Source: a virus (Duplodnaviria > Caudoviricetes). Taken from it: 61,930 bases of DNA. Location of the stretch: the IMG/VR virus record IMGVR_UViG_3300020045_006659, positions 1 to 61,930 of that record; one strand, 5' to 3'. Positions 18,488-28,821 of the stretch are shown piece after piece. Under the pieces are notes generated by a model, which was not told the DNA's origin, ran no database searches, and was given only the letters and a program-made list of their open reading frames with translations. How positions within the stretch are numbered: position 1 is the stretch's first letter; each line of letters opens with the position of its first letter. The translations under genes were made by a program, and so were the position numbers.

Positions 18488-18975
18488 GCTGGCCCCTGCC
18501 ATAATGCAGATAGCGTTGAATTGGAAGGGTTTACATAGCTTGTTCCGGCCCCGCCATCTTTGACGATCAGGAGGCGGCAGTTCTCTCCGCCCTTGGCGGT
18601 CACCTGCCAGGTCTGGTGAAACATCACCATGGCGTCCGCCGCTGAGCTAGTTTGCGCGGTATGGCTTGACTGAACCGTGGACCCTACGGCCAGCGTGAGC
18701 GTGAATATCTGCCCGTTGTCGCTTATGATGTTGAGCGCCACCGCAGCCGTCAGAAGCCAGTTTCCCGGCCTTGTGAGCGTCACCTGAACCCCGATGCCAC
18801 TTGCGGGCTTAGTGGACCCATCCGGCACCGTGACGGACGTTCCAGCCCCCTTCCCGAACACGCTGGCGGGTCCATAGTTACTTCGGATGTCGTACAGGTG
18901 GTCGATGATCTGCCGATTCGCGGTATCCTGCTCGGCATTGCCTGTCGGCTTCGGTCTGAATTGGCGGTCAATCAT
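18484..18975 (-). CDS. Putative tail accessory protein
   Basis: Short N-terminal helix plus beta-sandwich, in the tail cluster. Confidence 0.55.
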   Translation of the reverse strand: MIDRQFRPKPTGNAEQDTANRQIIDHLYDIRSNYGPASVFGKGAGTSVTVPDGSTKPASGIGVQVTLTRPGNWLLTAAVALNIISDNGQIFTLTLAVGSTVQSSHTAQTSSAADAMVMFHQTWQVTAKGGENCRLLIVKDGGAGTSYVNPSNSTLSALWQGPA

Positions 18976-19091
18976 TAGCTTCCAGTGCGCTCCAAAGGTT
19001 CATCGTAGGCGATCAGGTCCGGGTCATTCGTAACCGGAACCGGGATACAGGTTTCAGGCGGCGCTGGCGGATCTGGAGGATCGTCTGGCAT
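18975..19091 (-). CDS. 38-aa peptide paralogous to the C-terminus of the upstream gene
   Basis: MPDDPP...LIAYDEPLERTGS; TGATG and TAATG overlaps on both sides. Confidence 0.6.
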   Translation of the reverse strand: MPDDPPDPPAPPETCIPVPVTNDPDLIAYDEPLERTGS

Positions 19092-20905
19092 CAGCTTCCA
19101 TCCCTTTCATTAGGCTCATTGTAAGCGATTAGGCCAAACTCAGTACCTACCGGGAATGTTTCGCAGAACGGCGGGGGTGAAATGGAAATAGTTAATGGAC
19201 AAGGCGCACCTACGCTTGCTGTAAAGCCCAAAGAATCCGTTACGGTTACCGTGTATGAATAAGATCCCGCTACTAGCGGAATCCCACTAATCACGCCCGT
19301 AGCAGAATCCAGCGTGACCCCAGAAGGGAATGCCCCTGAAGTAACTGCATAAGTATATGGTGGCGTGCCTCCCGTAGCAACAATCGTGGCTGAGAAAAAC
19401 TCACCAAGAATTCCGGTATTGGCAACTGGACACGTAATAGCAAGCGTGAGATCAACAAGCGTGACCCCAAGAAGCGCCATGCCCCCAGAGGGGATCCCCC
19501 CTACATCTCGCACATCTTGTACTTGAGCGAAATAGTCTCCATCCGCCACAGCGAACATATCCAAAATAGCAGCGGCACCATTGCGGGCATCATTCGTTAC
19601 TGACCATGCTGGATCTTGAATGAACCCATAATTAGATCGTAATGTAAACCCATTGAGAGCAGTCCATGTAACAGAATCATCGGTCCCATCTGTAGCATTC
19701 GCAGCAAATGCAAACAGATACGTTCCAGCAGGCACTCCGATCAAAGATTCCGTACTGAAAACATCTACCGCTACATCGTCAAACACAGCAACGGAGTAAG
19801 CTGATGGAGCTTGCCCTGTAATAACACGCTCCGCAACGCCAATTGCAGTTGGCTGATAGACAACTCCAGTATACGGACCGGGCAAGGAAGCTCGAACGAT
19901 GAAGGCTTCTCCCGTTGGTGGAAGCACAGCAACAATACAGGTATAAAGCGCTACAACGCATTGGTTGGCTGATGATCCCCCAATAGGGCTGATCCCCTGC
20001 ATGGTGTAAACATTCCCATAATCGTCATACACCGTCGGAGTGACAACATGAGATTGCTGACTCACGCCAATACAAAGAAGCGAATCGACCAAAGGAAGAT
20101 ACGGCATCGTTGCACAAATCGGGCGATTCGTTGCTCCTATGTAATATGGGGCCTCAAACCCTCCTTCATCCCCAGGACTGGAAGTAAAGCCACATCCAGG
20201 GCGCATTTGGTACTGTTCCGTTGTTCCTCCAGGTCTTGAAAGTGGCCTGGAAAATACAGCGGTAATCATTGGAGACTGACCAGCGTATGTTAGGCCAAGA
20301 TCGTTTCCAATACGAGTATTTTCAACTCCTGGTCCAGTCGCGGCTCGATAAAATAGAGCCATGGATTGAGCAGGGGATGATCCGCTTCTGAATACTTCAG
20401 TGTCTCCGCTATATGAAGTGAAGCTGACTGCCCCAAATGATCCCACAGCTCCAGCAAAGGTAATAACCGTTGAATCAGCAAGCGAGTAAGAACTAGTAAA
20501 TGCAGAAAATGGCGGAGTCGATCCTGCCGAGGGGCCAATGAGCATAGCCCACTCTGAAAGTGGTGGAGCATCCCCATCTGGCCATCTAAAATTAGTAACA
20601 ATTTGAGTACGCCACTCGGCAGAAGCGGCGGCATTCTCATGTGTTATAGAAATGGTCGCGTTGTTTTGTGCAATTGCCCACGCATAGGAAACATGGCCAA
20701 AACCACGAGCAGCACAAGTTTGAAGTTCGTAAGTATTTCCATCTGTATCTATGCAAGTGTATCCCCATGGCGGGCCCGATCCAGTTGGAAAAAATGCACA
20801 AATGCCCGATACGATTAAGTCGCCAGCTTGAACTGCAATGGTAGATGTACAACCAAGCCCAAAGGTTATGTCCGCATCGGTATTGATAGGAACGCCGGTT
20901 GCCAC
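19091..20905 (-). CDS. Virion appendage protein with He_PIG/putative Ig domain
   Basis: ATGGTPPYTY.V.SG..P.GVTLD..TG.ISG.P...G.Y..TVTVTDS. Confidence 0.75.
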   Translation of the reverse strand: MATGVPINTDADITFGLGCTSTIAVQAGDLIVSGICAFFPTGSGPPWGYTCIDTDGNTYELQTCAARGFGHVSYAWAIAQNNATISITHENAAASAEWRTQIVTNFRWPDGDAPPLSEWAMLIGPSAGSTPPFSAFTSSYSLADSTVITFAGAVGSFGAVSFTSYSGDTEVFRSGSSPAQSMALFYRAATGPGVENTRIGNDLGLTYAGQSPMITAVFSRPLSRPGGTTEQYQMRPGCGFTSSPGDEGGFEAPYYIGATNRPICATMPYLPLVDSLLCIGVSQQSHVVTPTVYDDYGNVYTMQGISPIGGSSANQCVVALYTCIVAVLPPTGEAFIVRASLPGPYTGVVYQPTAIGVAERVITGQAPSAYSVAVFDDVAVDVFSTESLIGVPAGTYLFAFAANATDGTDDSVTWTALNGFTLRSNYGFIQDPAWSVTNDARNGAAAILDMFAVADGDYFAQVQDVRDVGGIPSGGMALLGVTLVDLTLAITCPVANTGILGEFFSATIVATGGTPPYTYAVTSGAFPSGVTLDSATGVISGIPLVAGSYSYTVTVTDSLGFTASVGAPCPLTISISPPPFCETFPVGTEFGLIAYNEPNERDGS

Positions 20906-23824
20906 TTAGATCCTTGCTCCGTTAATTCTCGACAAATCACCATAGGGCTGCTTGGCGATGTACGGTCCCACCGCTCCCCATGGTTTTACGTGTACCGTAA
21001 GGTCTTTCTGAAACACACGAAATGGCGCGTCTGAAGTAAGCGAATAAGTAACAGATCGAGCCTTCATCGCTTGGACTACAAAGTATCCTCGATCATAGAC
21101 TCCAGCCGTTGTAGCTTTCGTATAGGAAAACGGCCCAGAGGGATTACCGTTGGCGGTCACCGCTAGCGTTACTGTATCCGTGCTGGAAATTGGCAAGTAA
21201 ATGTCGCGGTGCGAAAACCAGCCTGGGAAGTCATGTGTTGTATCCTGCGTTGTCCATGTTCTGACAAGTTCAGGCGCTGGCTCAAATATCCACTCCACGC
21301 CTTCGATGCGCCAGAACTCTGCATCTTGCGGCGCAAAACGCACCAGATGGCTGATGAACGGCGTATTGAACGAGTACGCTATAGTTTGTTCGCGCGGATG
21401 AAGAATAGTAGTAGGAGTAAAAGAATGAGAAGTACCATCCTCATCAAGCACCTCCACAGTGCGCGCCACATTGAGCGTGTCGGCTCTTAACTTGAAGCCC
21501 TGAATGAACTTCGCGCCCGGATAACCAAGATCATCGAAGCCCGTGTAGCGGAGCGACGAAAGCTCTGGTTTGGGCAACCATGACGGACCCCAGAAGTAAA
21601 AGATCGACTGACTGCCCGCTACGTTGGTCCAAGTGATGTCGAGTCCTAGGTTGTAACCGTATTGCCCTTGTCCATCGTTGATGTCTAGCAACGCGCGGCG
21701 GCGTCCAGTATAGTTGAGTCCGTTCGATGTGACGTTTGTGAAGTAGCTGAAGTTATCCATGCCTACTTTCACTTCCATCTCATCGCACTGTGTATCCAAG
21801 TCTAGTTCGATGTCTCCCCACAAAGCACGCGGGCGCGGGTCTTTCTTGTCAAATGATTGCGTTCGGATGTGGCACTCAATCGGGTTATCGAAGTCCACAT
21901 AGGTTTTGTAGGTGGACACGTACCCATCCGAGGTCCCCATTAGCATTTGGCTGAAGTTCAGGGATTGCGTCGTGGAGTCCTGAGAAACTTCATAGTAGTG
22001 GCACGATACCGGATGCTCGTAGGTGTCCCGGCTGATCCATCCCTTTGACTCGAAATTATAGACCAACGTGCGCCGAACAGCGCCACGATCCACGTAATCG
22101 AAGTACAGGAAGCCATCTCCGTAAGCCAGCCGCATCTCGTTTGGCTGCGTAAAGTCCGGTGGCTCAAACGAGGTATCAGTCAAGCCGTCGATGACAGGGA
22201 ATGCCGTGATCTCAGCGCCGTTGCTTTCGCGCGGGAATAGCGGATACAAGTCCTCATCCGTCATGGAGATCGGAGGGCCACCCGCCGTCATGTAGATGCC
22301 ATCCTTGGCAATGAACGCGATCCCCAAAGGCGTCGTACACAATCCCCACTTGGCGAACAACCCCTTGGAGTTTGGAACCTCAATCGCAATGAAATCGCTG
22401 ATCTGTCCCAGCGTAGGGTACATCCTGAATAGGCGATTGGTCGAGAAGACAAACGGCTCACCGCCATACATGCAGCCGTTCATCAGGGTTTCCGAACCGC
22501 TGGTGATCGTGAGCGTATTAGCGGCGGGATGGCTTTCGGGATGGTTTCCCTTAGTCCAGTAAATGTTCCCACTATTTAGGGCATCGCCACACGCGAAGAC
22601 GAAAATTCCAGTTTCCCCACCGCCGTATGGACCCCACATGCAAGGCATCGGCTTATGCCAAATCTCAGGGCTATTGATCTGGAAATCACCACCAGCTAAT
22701 CCAGCCGGCGGATCTTCGAGCAGGGTTACTGTTGTGGAGGAAGTCGGAGAATTGTAGAACTTAAATAGCGTTCCACCCACGCTAATCTGCGTTCCCAGCG
22801 GGTAGTAGGGGGTATTTGTCGTGGCATCGTAAGGTCGGAGCGTGTCACCAGACACCCAAGTAAACGTTGCCCCTAGGCCCGTTCCGAGAGCCGTCAATGT
22901 GCAAGTCCCGTTCTTGCTGTTATCGAGCGTTATGAAGGGCTGCGGATTCTCTCCGTACTCCGTTTGCTGGTTTGATGCAATCGCTAGGTCATTGAAGCTA
23001 TCGGTCATGGAGTTCCCTGCACTGTTGTCCATGGTGCCGATGTAAGTCCACGATGAAATAGACCCGCCAAAGCGAAACACGTCAATCCAGGAAACCTGGG
23101 GATCGGGATGCGCCGATGGTAGCGTTACAACGATGTTTGTTGGCGGCGTGGCGGCCCCAGGTGCGCTCGACGGCGAAAGCCCATTCACTGTCCGCACGGC
23201 AGGACCAAGATCAGACAGAGCGCCCGTATTCAGCTTTGAACCAGCCCGAGCACGGAACGCATAGACGTAGGGAGTGTTGGTTTCTCCGATGTCGGGACCA
23301 TCCGTATTTGCCGCGCCAAAAGCAATCGTCGGAGCCACGTTCGGAGGCGCAATCCCGATCTGATAGGCGTTGATGGTTTCCGATGAAGTCTTGAGGGTCT
23401 TGGATGAATCCCCCACTAGCACCCATGGCCGAGGCGTAAAATCACTCGGAACGGTTACAAATGTCATCGGATTGCCACTGAATCCACTTGCCACCGTATA
23501 GGCGAAGTTCCCGATGCCCGTATCCTGATCGGCACCAAAAAGGCTCGTCCCCACCCCCGCTAGCCGCGCATGGGTTGAGTAGGCCGTAGGATAGTCCGAG
23601 GGGCTTGGAACCGGGTCATTAAACCCGTACAGCGAATGGACCTTCGCCCCGGCATTCAATTGCTGGCTGATCTGATATTGCCCTTGCCGCCCCTGAATGC
23701 GTCCGTCTCCGTATGGGCGAGTATTCTCAAGAAGTCTCGCGTGCCCGGGAGCCATGCGATCCACCGGAGCCGCGACGTTGATGCGGTAATCGAAGAGGAT
23801 TGTTTCGCGCTGATACTGGTCCAT
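20906..23824 (-). CDS. Putative tail nozzle / tail tubular protein B-like (beta-propeller)
   Basis: 972 aa, downstream of adaptors; beta-rich with IYWT, FVFS..R and FI..DGIY blades. Confidence 0.65.
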   Translation of the reverse strand: MDQYQRETILFDYRINVAAPVDRMAPGHARLLENTRPYGDGRIQGRQGQYQISQQLNAGAKVHSLYGFNDPVPSPSDYPTAYSTHARLAGVGTSLFGADQDTGIGNFAYTVASGFSGNPMTFVTVPSDFTPRPWVLVGDSSKTLKTSSETINAYQIGIAPPNVAPTIAFGAANTDGPDIGETNTPYVYAFRARAGSKLNTGALSDLGPAVRTVNGLSPSSAPGAATPPTNIVVTLPSAHPDPQVSWIDVFRFGGSISSWTYIGTMDNSAGNSMTDSFNDLAIASNQQTEYGENPQPFITLDNSKNGTCTLTALGTGLGATFTWVSGDTLRPYDATTNTPYYPLGTQISVGGTLFKFYNSPTSSTTVTLLEDPPAGLAGGDFQINSPEIWHKPMPCMWGPYGGGETGIFVFACGDALNSGNIYWTKGNHPESHPAANTLTITSGSETLMNGCMYGGEPFVFSTNRLFRMYPTLGQISDFIAIEVPNSKGLFAKWGLCTTPLGIAFIAKDGIYMTAGGPPISMTDEDLYPLFPRESNGAEITAFPVIDGLTDTSFEPPDFTQPNEMRLAYGDGFLYFDYVDRGAVRRTLVYNFESKGWISRDTYEHPVSCHYYEVSQDSTTQSLNFSQMLMGTSDGYVSTYKTYVDFDNPIECHIRTQSFDKKDPRPRALWGDIELDLDTQCDEMEVKVGMDNFSYFTNVTSNGLNYTGRRRALLDINDGQGQYGYNLGLDITWTNVAGSQSIFYFWGPSWLPKPELSSLRYTGFDDLGYPGAKFIQGFKLRADTLNVARTVEVLDEDGTSHSFTPTTILHPREQTIAYSFNTPFISHLVRFAPQDAEFWRIEGVEWIFEPAPELVRTWTTQDTTHDFPGWFSHRDIYLPISSTDTVTLAVTANGNPSGPFSYTKATTAGVYDRGYFVVQAMKARSVTYSLTSDAPFRVFQKDLTVHVKPWGAVGPYIAKQPYGDLSRINGARI

Positions 23825-25203
23825 TAGTTCACCGAACGCGCCACTTCGATCCAGTTACTTGAGTCGCATACTAGGGTTGCGGTGTCATCCGCAGTCGTCA
23901 CGAAGTTCCCTGCTAACTTAAGATTATTTCCATCGGTCAGAGTCAACACGCCATCGAAGATCAGCGTTACCGTTAGCCCAGCCGTTGTCGAATCGCAGGT
24001 GTTCATCGTCGTGATATTCGTGGTCCCCGTGATGTGGAATACATTGCCAACCCCGAGAGTCATTGTCGCCGCTGAAGCCACATTAGACCCGTTCACCCCT
24101 GCTGGCATACAGGATGTTCCGGCACTGTTGATGCAGTCCAGGCGATTCGTGGTGGTGTTGGCAAAGACGTTCAACGTACCGGATGCCGCCGATGCAGGAG
24201 TGCTGATCTTGGTCCATTGCGTAAATTCCGTCATGTACAAGCTGCGGAGTTTTAGATCGCGGAATGTGCCGCCTGTGCCGCTGTTCACTTCCACCACGCC
24301 CGAAGCATTGCGTGCAAAACAGGCATCCGCCGTACCGCCAGGGCACGCGCTGGTAGCCGCATTGTTGTAGATGTTAGCTCCACTCAACGTCCAGTAGTTT
24401 GTAGGTGTACTCCAAATCCAGCCCGAAGCCTGCCCCGAATCCGCCGTAAGCACTGTCCCGTTGCTCCCAACCGCTAACCGGATCGCATTCGTTCCATTGT
24501 GGGCAATCAAATCGCCTTTGGTTGTCTGCGGCGAGAGGGCATTAAAGCCAAGCGTCTGCGTGATCTGCCCCGTTCCCCCTCGTGCAATCGTGATCGGAAG
24601 CGTAAGCGCTACCGTTCCAGCGGTATTCACAAGCGGAGAGGTAAATGTCAGGGCTGACTGCTTGGCATTGAACGCACTCCAATCGGTCGTGGAAAGAAGC
24701 CCGCGATTGGATGCGCTGGCAGTTGGAAGATTGAATGTGTGCGTCGTTCCTGAACTGGAAATGGTAAAGTTCGTCCCGCTGGTGCCCGTGGCAAACGTCT
24801 GCGTTGCGCCCGTCAAAGCGTTCAGAGAAGTGATGCCGCCGCTATTGGCCGCGATGGTAACGTTCATGGAAAACGGAGCTGGGATCGTGCCACCCGACAA
24901 AGTAACAGTGTAATTCCCCTGATCGGCAAAGAAGGAAAACAAAGCCGGGGATGTGGCGCTCGCAGAGTTTGCGGTAAACGGATTCGCCAGAACCGTACCA
25001 GAATTATCTGAGTAGATCGAAGCAATGCTACCCCCGGAATCCCGCACCGTAACTGTACAAGACGGGTAGCTGGTCTGGAACCTGGGAGTCGCGCTATTGC
25101 CTTGGATTGTTACCGTTCCGCCGCCGCGTTCGCACCATCCCGTATAGGCCCCACGTCCGAAAGCGGTAGTCGCCAAAAATGCCAACAATAGTAATCGTTT
25201 CAT
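23824..25203 (-). CDS. Tail fibre-like protein with signal peptide
   Basis: A.IYSD..G...ANPFTA head-binding-like motif; GITSLN.LTGA.QTF, RGLLS..DW.AFNAKQ and TTKGDLI..NGT..RL.VG.NG.VL.ADS fibre repeats. Confidence 0.8.
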   Translation of the reverse strand: MKRLLLLAFLATTAFGRGAYTGWCERGGGTVTIQGNSATPRFQTSYPSCTVTVRDSGGSIASIYSDNSGTVLANPFTANSASATSPALFSFFADQGNYTVTLSGGTIPAPFSMNVTIAANSGGITSLNALTGATQTFATGTSGTNFTISSSGTTHTFNLPTASASNRGLLSTTDWSAFNAKQSALTFTSPLVNTAGTVALTLPITIARGGTGQITQTLGFNALSPQTTKGDLIAHNGTNAIRLAVGSNGTVLTADSGQASGWIWSTPTNYWTLSGANIYNNAATSACPGGTADACFARNASGVVEVNSGTGGTFRDLKLRSLYMTEFTQWTKISTPASAASGTLNVFANTTTNRLDCINSAGTSCMPAGVNGSNVASAATMTLGVGNVFHITGTTNITTMNTCDSTTAGLTVTLIFDGVLTLTDGNNLKLAGNFVTTADDTATLVCDSSNWIEVARSVN

Positions 25204-26531
25204 TGCTTTACGCTCCGTATCTTCATGGGTACTTGGTGCAACTGCCTGCGTCCGCGATTCATCAGTGAACGTTGAAATGGCGTCTGCGCTCCGGTGCGCT
25301 CCCGGTATTCCGAGCCGAGCCGCATGATCCGTTCCAACAGGGACCCGGTAGTGAAGAATTCCTCGCCTTGCTGCTTGAACGCCGAAATGTGCTGTGCGTA
25401 ATCCACAATCACATCCGCCACATCCCGAGATAAGAGAATCTGCGCCGAGTTGTTGGCAGGCATCGGAGCATTCTGAACGATGTCCAGCGTAATCGAATAG
25501 GCGTCATCCGGTGTCGGGGTCACGGCCAAGATGTTCATGCCGGCCATTGCCACGGTCTGCGGAGATCCCGGCTGGTTCTGCCAAGTAGGGTCTAGCCCAT
25601 CGGCATCCGCCAGCGTTCCTACGGTCAACTGGATGCCGTTGGTTTGCGCGTCCATCACGGTAGCCGAGGTCATGGCGATTTCAATTCCAGACCGCCAGCG
25701 GCTTTCGCAATATTCCGCACGTGCGGGATCATACGCAGGGCCATTTTCCCCAAGGAGGTCCGCCAAAGCACCCCACATCACGGCCCAACAGAAGTCGTCG
25801 GGAATGCCCATAGCTACCGGAGTAGCTGGATTCAGTTCCGCGCCGGAATTGACCACGAGTGCATCCAAAGTGCCATTTTCCGCATTCGGCGGAGCTAACT
25901 GAATGGCGAACGGAGGGGTAACGCTCACCGAATACGCATTCGGCGTACCACTTGTCTGATTCCATCCCGGCGTCAACCCGTTGATAGCCCATTCGTCGGT
26001 GCGCCAAAGTGGGGAATAGTACCCAGCATTAGAGATCCAAGACAGCCGCCGCACGTCAATGATCGAATCCTGAAGCTGAACGCGCCCCGTGGGGATGATC
26101 GCCACAACAGGATTGTAGTGCGTCAGAACGCATCCAGTTTCAACTAGGAACTGATCTCGACGCCGCTGGAGTGCTGCCGTCAACTGCGCCAGCGTGAACA
26201 TCTCCGTACCCGTCCAGATGGTCGGGGTCGGAGGCTCCAGTAGGTGATATTCCATCGAAGTCACCAAGTCTGCATCGGTGACGGTATACCCAAGATTCGC
26301 TGAAACGACAGAGGATAGGTCGTAAAAAGACGTACCCGCAGTTGTGGTGAACGTAACGCGGGTACGCCAGAAACGGGCTAGTGCATTCCAAAAGCGCAGG
26401 GCTTCCTTCAGGTTCGCGTCCACTTCCGCCGTAGCAAAGTAAACCGCCGAGGAATCGCCTAAGCGCCCTAATACCGCCGTCTCCAGGCTCCCTAGCGTAA
26501 TCGCAGTCAGGGACGGGAGCGTGGATGGCAT
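25200..26531 (-). CDS. Head-tail adaptor-like protein
   Basis: Duplicated adaptor-like folds with G.P..Y...I.L.P motifs. Confidence 0.6.
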   Translation of the reverse strand: MPSTLPSLTAITLGSLETAVLGRLGDSSAVYFATAEVDANLKEALRFWNALARFWRTRVTFTTTAGTSFYDLSSVVSANLGYTVTDADLVTSMEYHLLEPPTPTIWTGTEMFTLAQLTAALQRRRDQFLVETGCVLTHYNPVVAIIPTGRVQLQDSIIDVRRLSWISNAGYYSPLWRTDEWAINGLTPGWNQTSGTPNAYSVSVTPPFAIQLAPPNAENGTLDALVVNSGAELNPATPVAMGIPDDFCWAVMWGALADLLGENGPAYDPARAEYCESRWRSGIEIAMTSATVMDAQTNGIQLTVGTLADADGLDPTWQNQPGSPQTVAMAGMNILAVTPTPDDAYSITLDIVQNAPMPANNSAQILLSRDVADVIVDYAQHISAFKQQGEEFFTTGSLLERIMRLGSEYRERTGAQTPFQRSLMNRGRRQLHQVPMKIRSVKQ

Positions 26532-26544
26532 TTAAGTCTCCTGA

Positions 26545-26736
26545 TTAACCGCCAGCTTTGGTGCCGGGATTCGCGCCGGGAACGTTCTTGTCGATGAATT
26601 TTTCCGGCACTCCGCCATGACCGGCTGTGCGCGGCGGCAGTCCGTGACCGTTCGCCCCGTCATAATCTCCCGGTCCACCCTTGTTGTCCGAAGACACAGG
26701 CAGTTTCATTGTATTGGGTCCTTCAAAGCAGCTCAT
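26545..26736 (-). CDS. Small G/P-rich hypothetical protein
   Basis: RBS gaggag before ATG. Confidence 0.5.
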   Translation of the reverse strand: MSCFEGPNTMKLPVSSDNKGGPGDYDGANGHGLPPRTAGHGGVPEKFIDKNVPGANPGTKAGG

Positions 26737-26753
26737 AAGTTCTCCTCTCAATA

Positions 26754-27986
26754 TCAGATTAACAGCGCATGGGACTGAATGAAGCGCGCATCCGCAAAAG
26801 GTGCGAATTGCATAGACGGTGCGTAACTAACTGACTCTTGAAAAACTTCATCGTCTTGCCGTTCCAGTTCGCCAATCTGCCAGAGTGCGCCCTTTTCCAT
26901 GCGGTCGGCTAAGTTCAGATCGTAGTACGGATTCGGGTCATCGACGGACGGCCCCGGCCACTTTGCCGCCATGCTCAACGCGAGATCCATTACCACATCA
27001 CCGCGAATAAATCGTGGCAAGACGGCTCCCGGTTCGTTCAGGTCTTGGCAGCGCGCCTCGTACAAGAATGGGTAGCAGTAGTTGCTGTAGTTTTGCGGCC
27101 AAATCTCATAGCGCGGCATCCCCGGCGAGTTGGTAACGCTGGTGCGGATGATCCAAGTATCCCCGACAACGTAGGTTTGTCCAGTAGGGAAGTAGATGGA
27201 AACGCCATCCTGTAACGCTTGCGCCGCTCCGCCTGAATCTGTCGTAACGCCTGTAGTAAAGCCTTCTGCGTTCTTTTCCCATTTGAAAACAGCAGTTCCG
27301 CTTGCTCCGCCTGTTGTAATCTGGACCGTGAAAATCGCATTGGCTGGACCCGTGTAGCTCGACGAATCCGATACCGATGGGCTATCGCCACTACCGATAA
27401 TCTGGATCGGAGCCTGCACGGTTCCAGTGGAGTCTTGCGAGTAGTCGTAGTTCGCCAACAAATAGGACTGCCCGGTATTCGCCCGCTGTGCGTCAACGGA
27501 GTTCAGTTCCCCTTGGCTGACATTCAACATCAACTGCCAGTTGTAGTTAGGGTCCCAAACGCTTATCAACTGATGGAAGTCATCAGGCGGCGGGGTGACG
27601 TAACACAGAAAAATCTTGTAGGTAACGGCGCTGGCATCCGCGCCACCATACGGGAACTGCAATTGGAGGCTGGTGGCGGAATCCACCTGTGCAATCGTGT
27701 AGATCGGCGTATTCAATCCAATCCTGAATTGCCGCCCAACCATCGCTTGCGTCCAGGTTGTTCCGCTCCCTGTCACTGTTGCGCTGCTTTGCGTGACAGT
27801 AACGGTGCCCGTAGTATAAGCAGCAGGAATGATGAACTGATTGTATTTGACAAGCCAAGACCATCGACGCTTCTCAGCAATGCGCCGAAAAGCGTCGATG
27901 ACAAAGCGTTGCGATAAGAGAGGCCCAGCAGCGGGGCAGAGTGTATTCACCCTACCCCAAAGCTGTGCAAACGAGTCCACGCCCAA
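26754..27986 (-). CDS. Head-tail adaptor / tail tubular protein A-like with beta insertions
   Basis: R.W.WL, YTTGTV.VT..S.TVTGSGTTW and E.WP motifs; downstream of capsid genes. Confidence 0.65.
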   Translation of the reverse strand: MGVDSFAQLWGRVNTLCPAAGPLLSQRFVIDAFRRIAEKRRWSWLVKYNQFIIPAAYTTGTVTVTQSSATVTGSGTTWTQAMVGRQFRIGLNTPIYTIAQVDSATSLQLQFPYGGADASAVTYKIFLCYVTPPPDDFHQLISVWDPNYNWQLMLNVSQGELNSVDAQRANTGQSYLLANYDYSQDSTGTVQAPIQIIGSGDSPSVSDSSSYTGPANAIFTVQITTGGASGTAVFKWEKNAEGFTTGVTTDSGGAAQALQDGVSIYFPTGQTYVVGDTWIIRTSVTNSPGMPRYEIWPQNYSNYCYPFLYEARCQDLNEPGAVLPRFIRGDVVMDLALSMAAKWPGPSVDDPNPYYDLNLADRMEKGALWQIGELERQDDEVFQESVSYAPSMQFAPFADARFIQSHALLI

Positions 27987-27989
27987 GGG

Positions 27990-28235
27990 TTATACCCCCC
28001 GCGCGGTGAAGAGTAGAGATGCGCCCGTACCAGTGAAGGTAACGGTGCTACCGGAGCCGGAAGTCGCCGCGCTCATCGCGGTAATCGACGTGTTGTTTGT
28101 CGTCAACTCGTAAACGGTGCGGAACGGGATCGCCAGCGTATCGCCCGTGGTAACCACGGTGATGTTTTGGTAATACTCCCGGACCGCCCCATTGACGTTA
28201 TTGAACGGACGTGCATTTTCTGTGACTGCGGCCAT
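27990..28235 (-). CDS. Small virion protein
   Basis: T-rich beta protein in the head cluster. Confidence 0.55.
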   Translation of the reverse strand: MAAVTENARPFNNVNGAVREYYQNITVVTTGDTLAIPFRTVYELTTNNTSITAMSAATSGSGSTVTFTGTGASLLFTARGV

Positions 28236-28248
28236 GTATTCGTGCTCC

Positions 28249-28791
28249 TTACGGGATGTTCGGAATCATGACATCGGCAGTGCAAGTCGTACCCGAAGTA
28301 GCGGTACGAACCACACCGATCTGTTGCGCCGGAGCAGCGGTGTTAATCGCCGTTCCGAGAGCATCCGCCGCCGTAGTAGACGTGCTGGCAACCAGCGTCA
28401 TGCCGCCAGTAGCGGAGCCGACTTCCTTGACGGAGATCGCTCGTCCCTGTTGCAGCACATTGACGTAGTATCCCGCCGTAGCCGCAACCCGGAAGATCCC
28501 AGCGACGTTGTTGCGGAACGAACTGGCTTGCCCATCCAGCAGAGCGAACCGGGAATCGTTGGTCACCGTGTAGGTGGCGCGATCTTTCCAGTACGCAAGC
28601 TGATTGGCGGCGACGGCACCAGCCGGAGTAGCGGACGTGGCACCCGAGTCCACCTGAACACACTGGTAAGCGCGGTCATTGACATCGTAAGCCTGCCCGA
28701 TCTGACCGGGGTTGTAAAGCGAGGACACGTTCATCGTGTCGGGATTTCCGGTAGGGTTGTAGAAAGTTTGCGAGCGATTTGCGTTAGGCAT
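28249..28791 (-). CDS. Capsid decoration/cement protein
   Basis: Directly after the MCP; G.......R.Y..VQ and G.Y.....G beta-tulip-like pattern. Confidence 0.65.
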   Translation of the reverse strand: MPNANRSQTFYNPTGNPDTMNVSSLYNPGQIGQAYDVNDRAYQCVQVDSGATSATPAGAVAANQLAYWKDRATYTVTNDSRFALLDGQASSFRNNVAGIFRVAATAGYYVNVLQQGRAISVKEVGSATGGMTLVASTSTTAADALGTAINTAAPAQQIGVVRTATSGTTCTADVMIPNIP

Positions 28792-28821
28792 GGTAGTTGT
28801 CTCCTTCTTTCTCTTTCCCCG

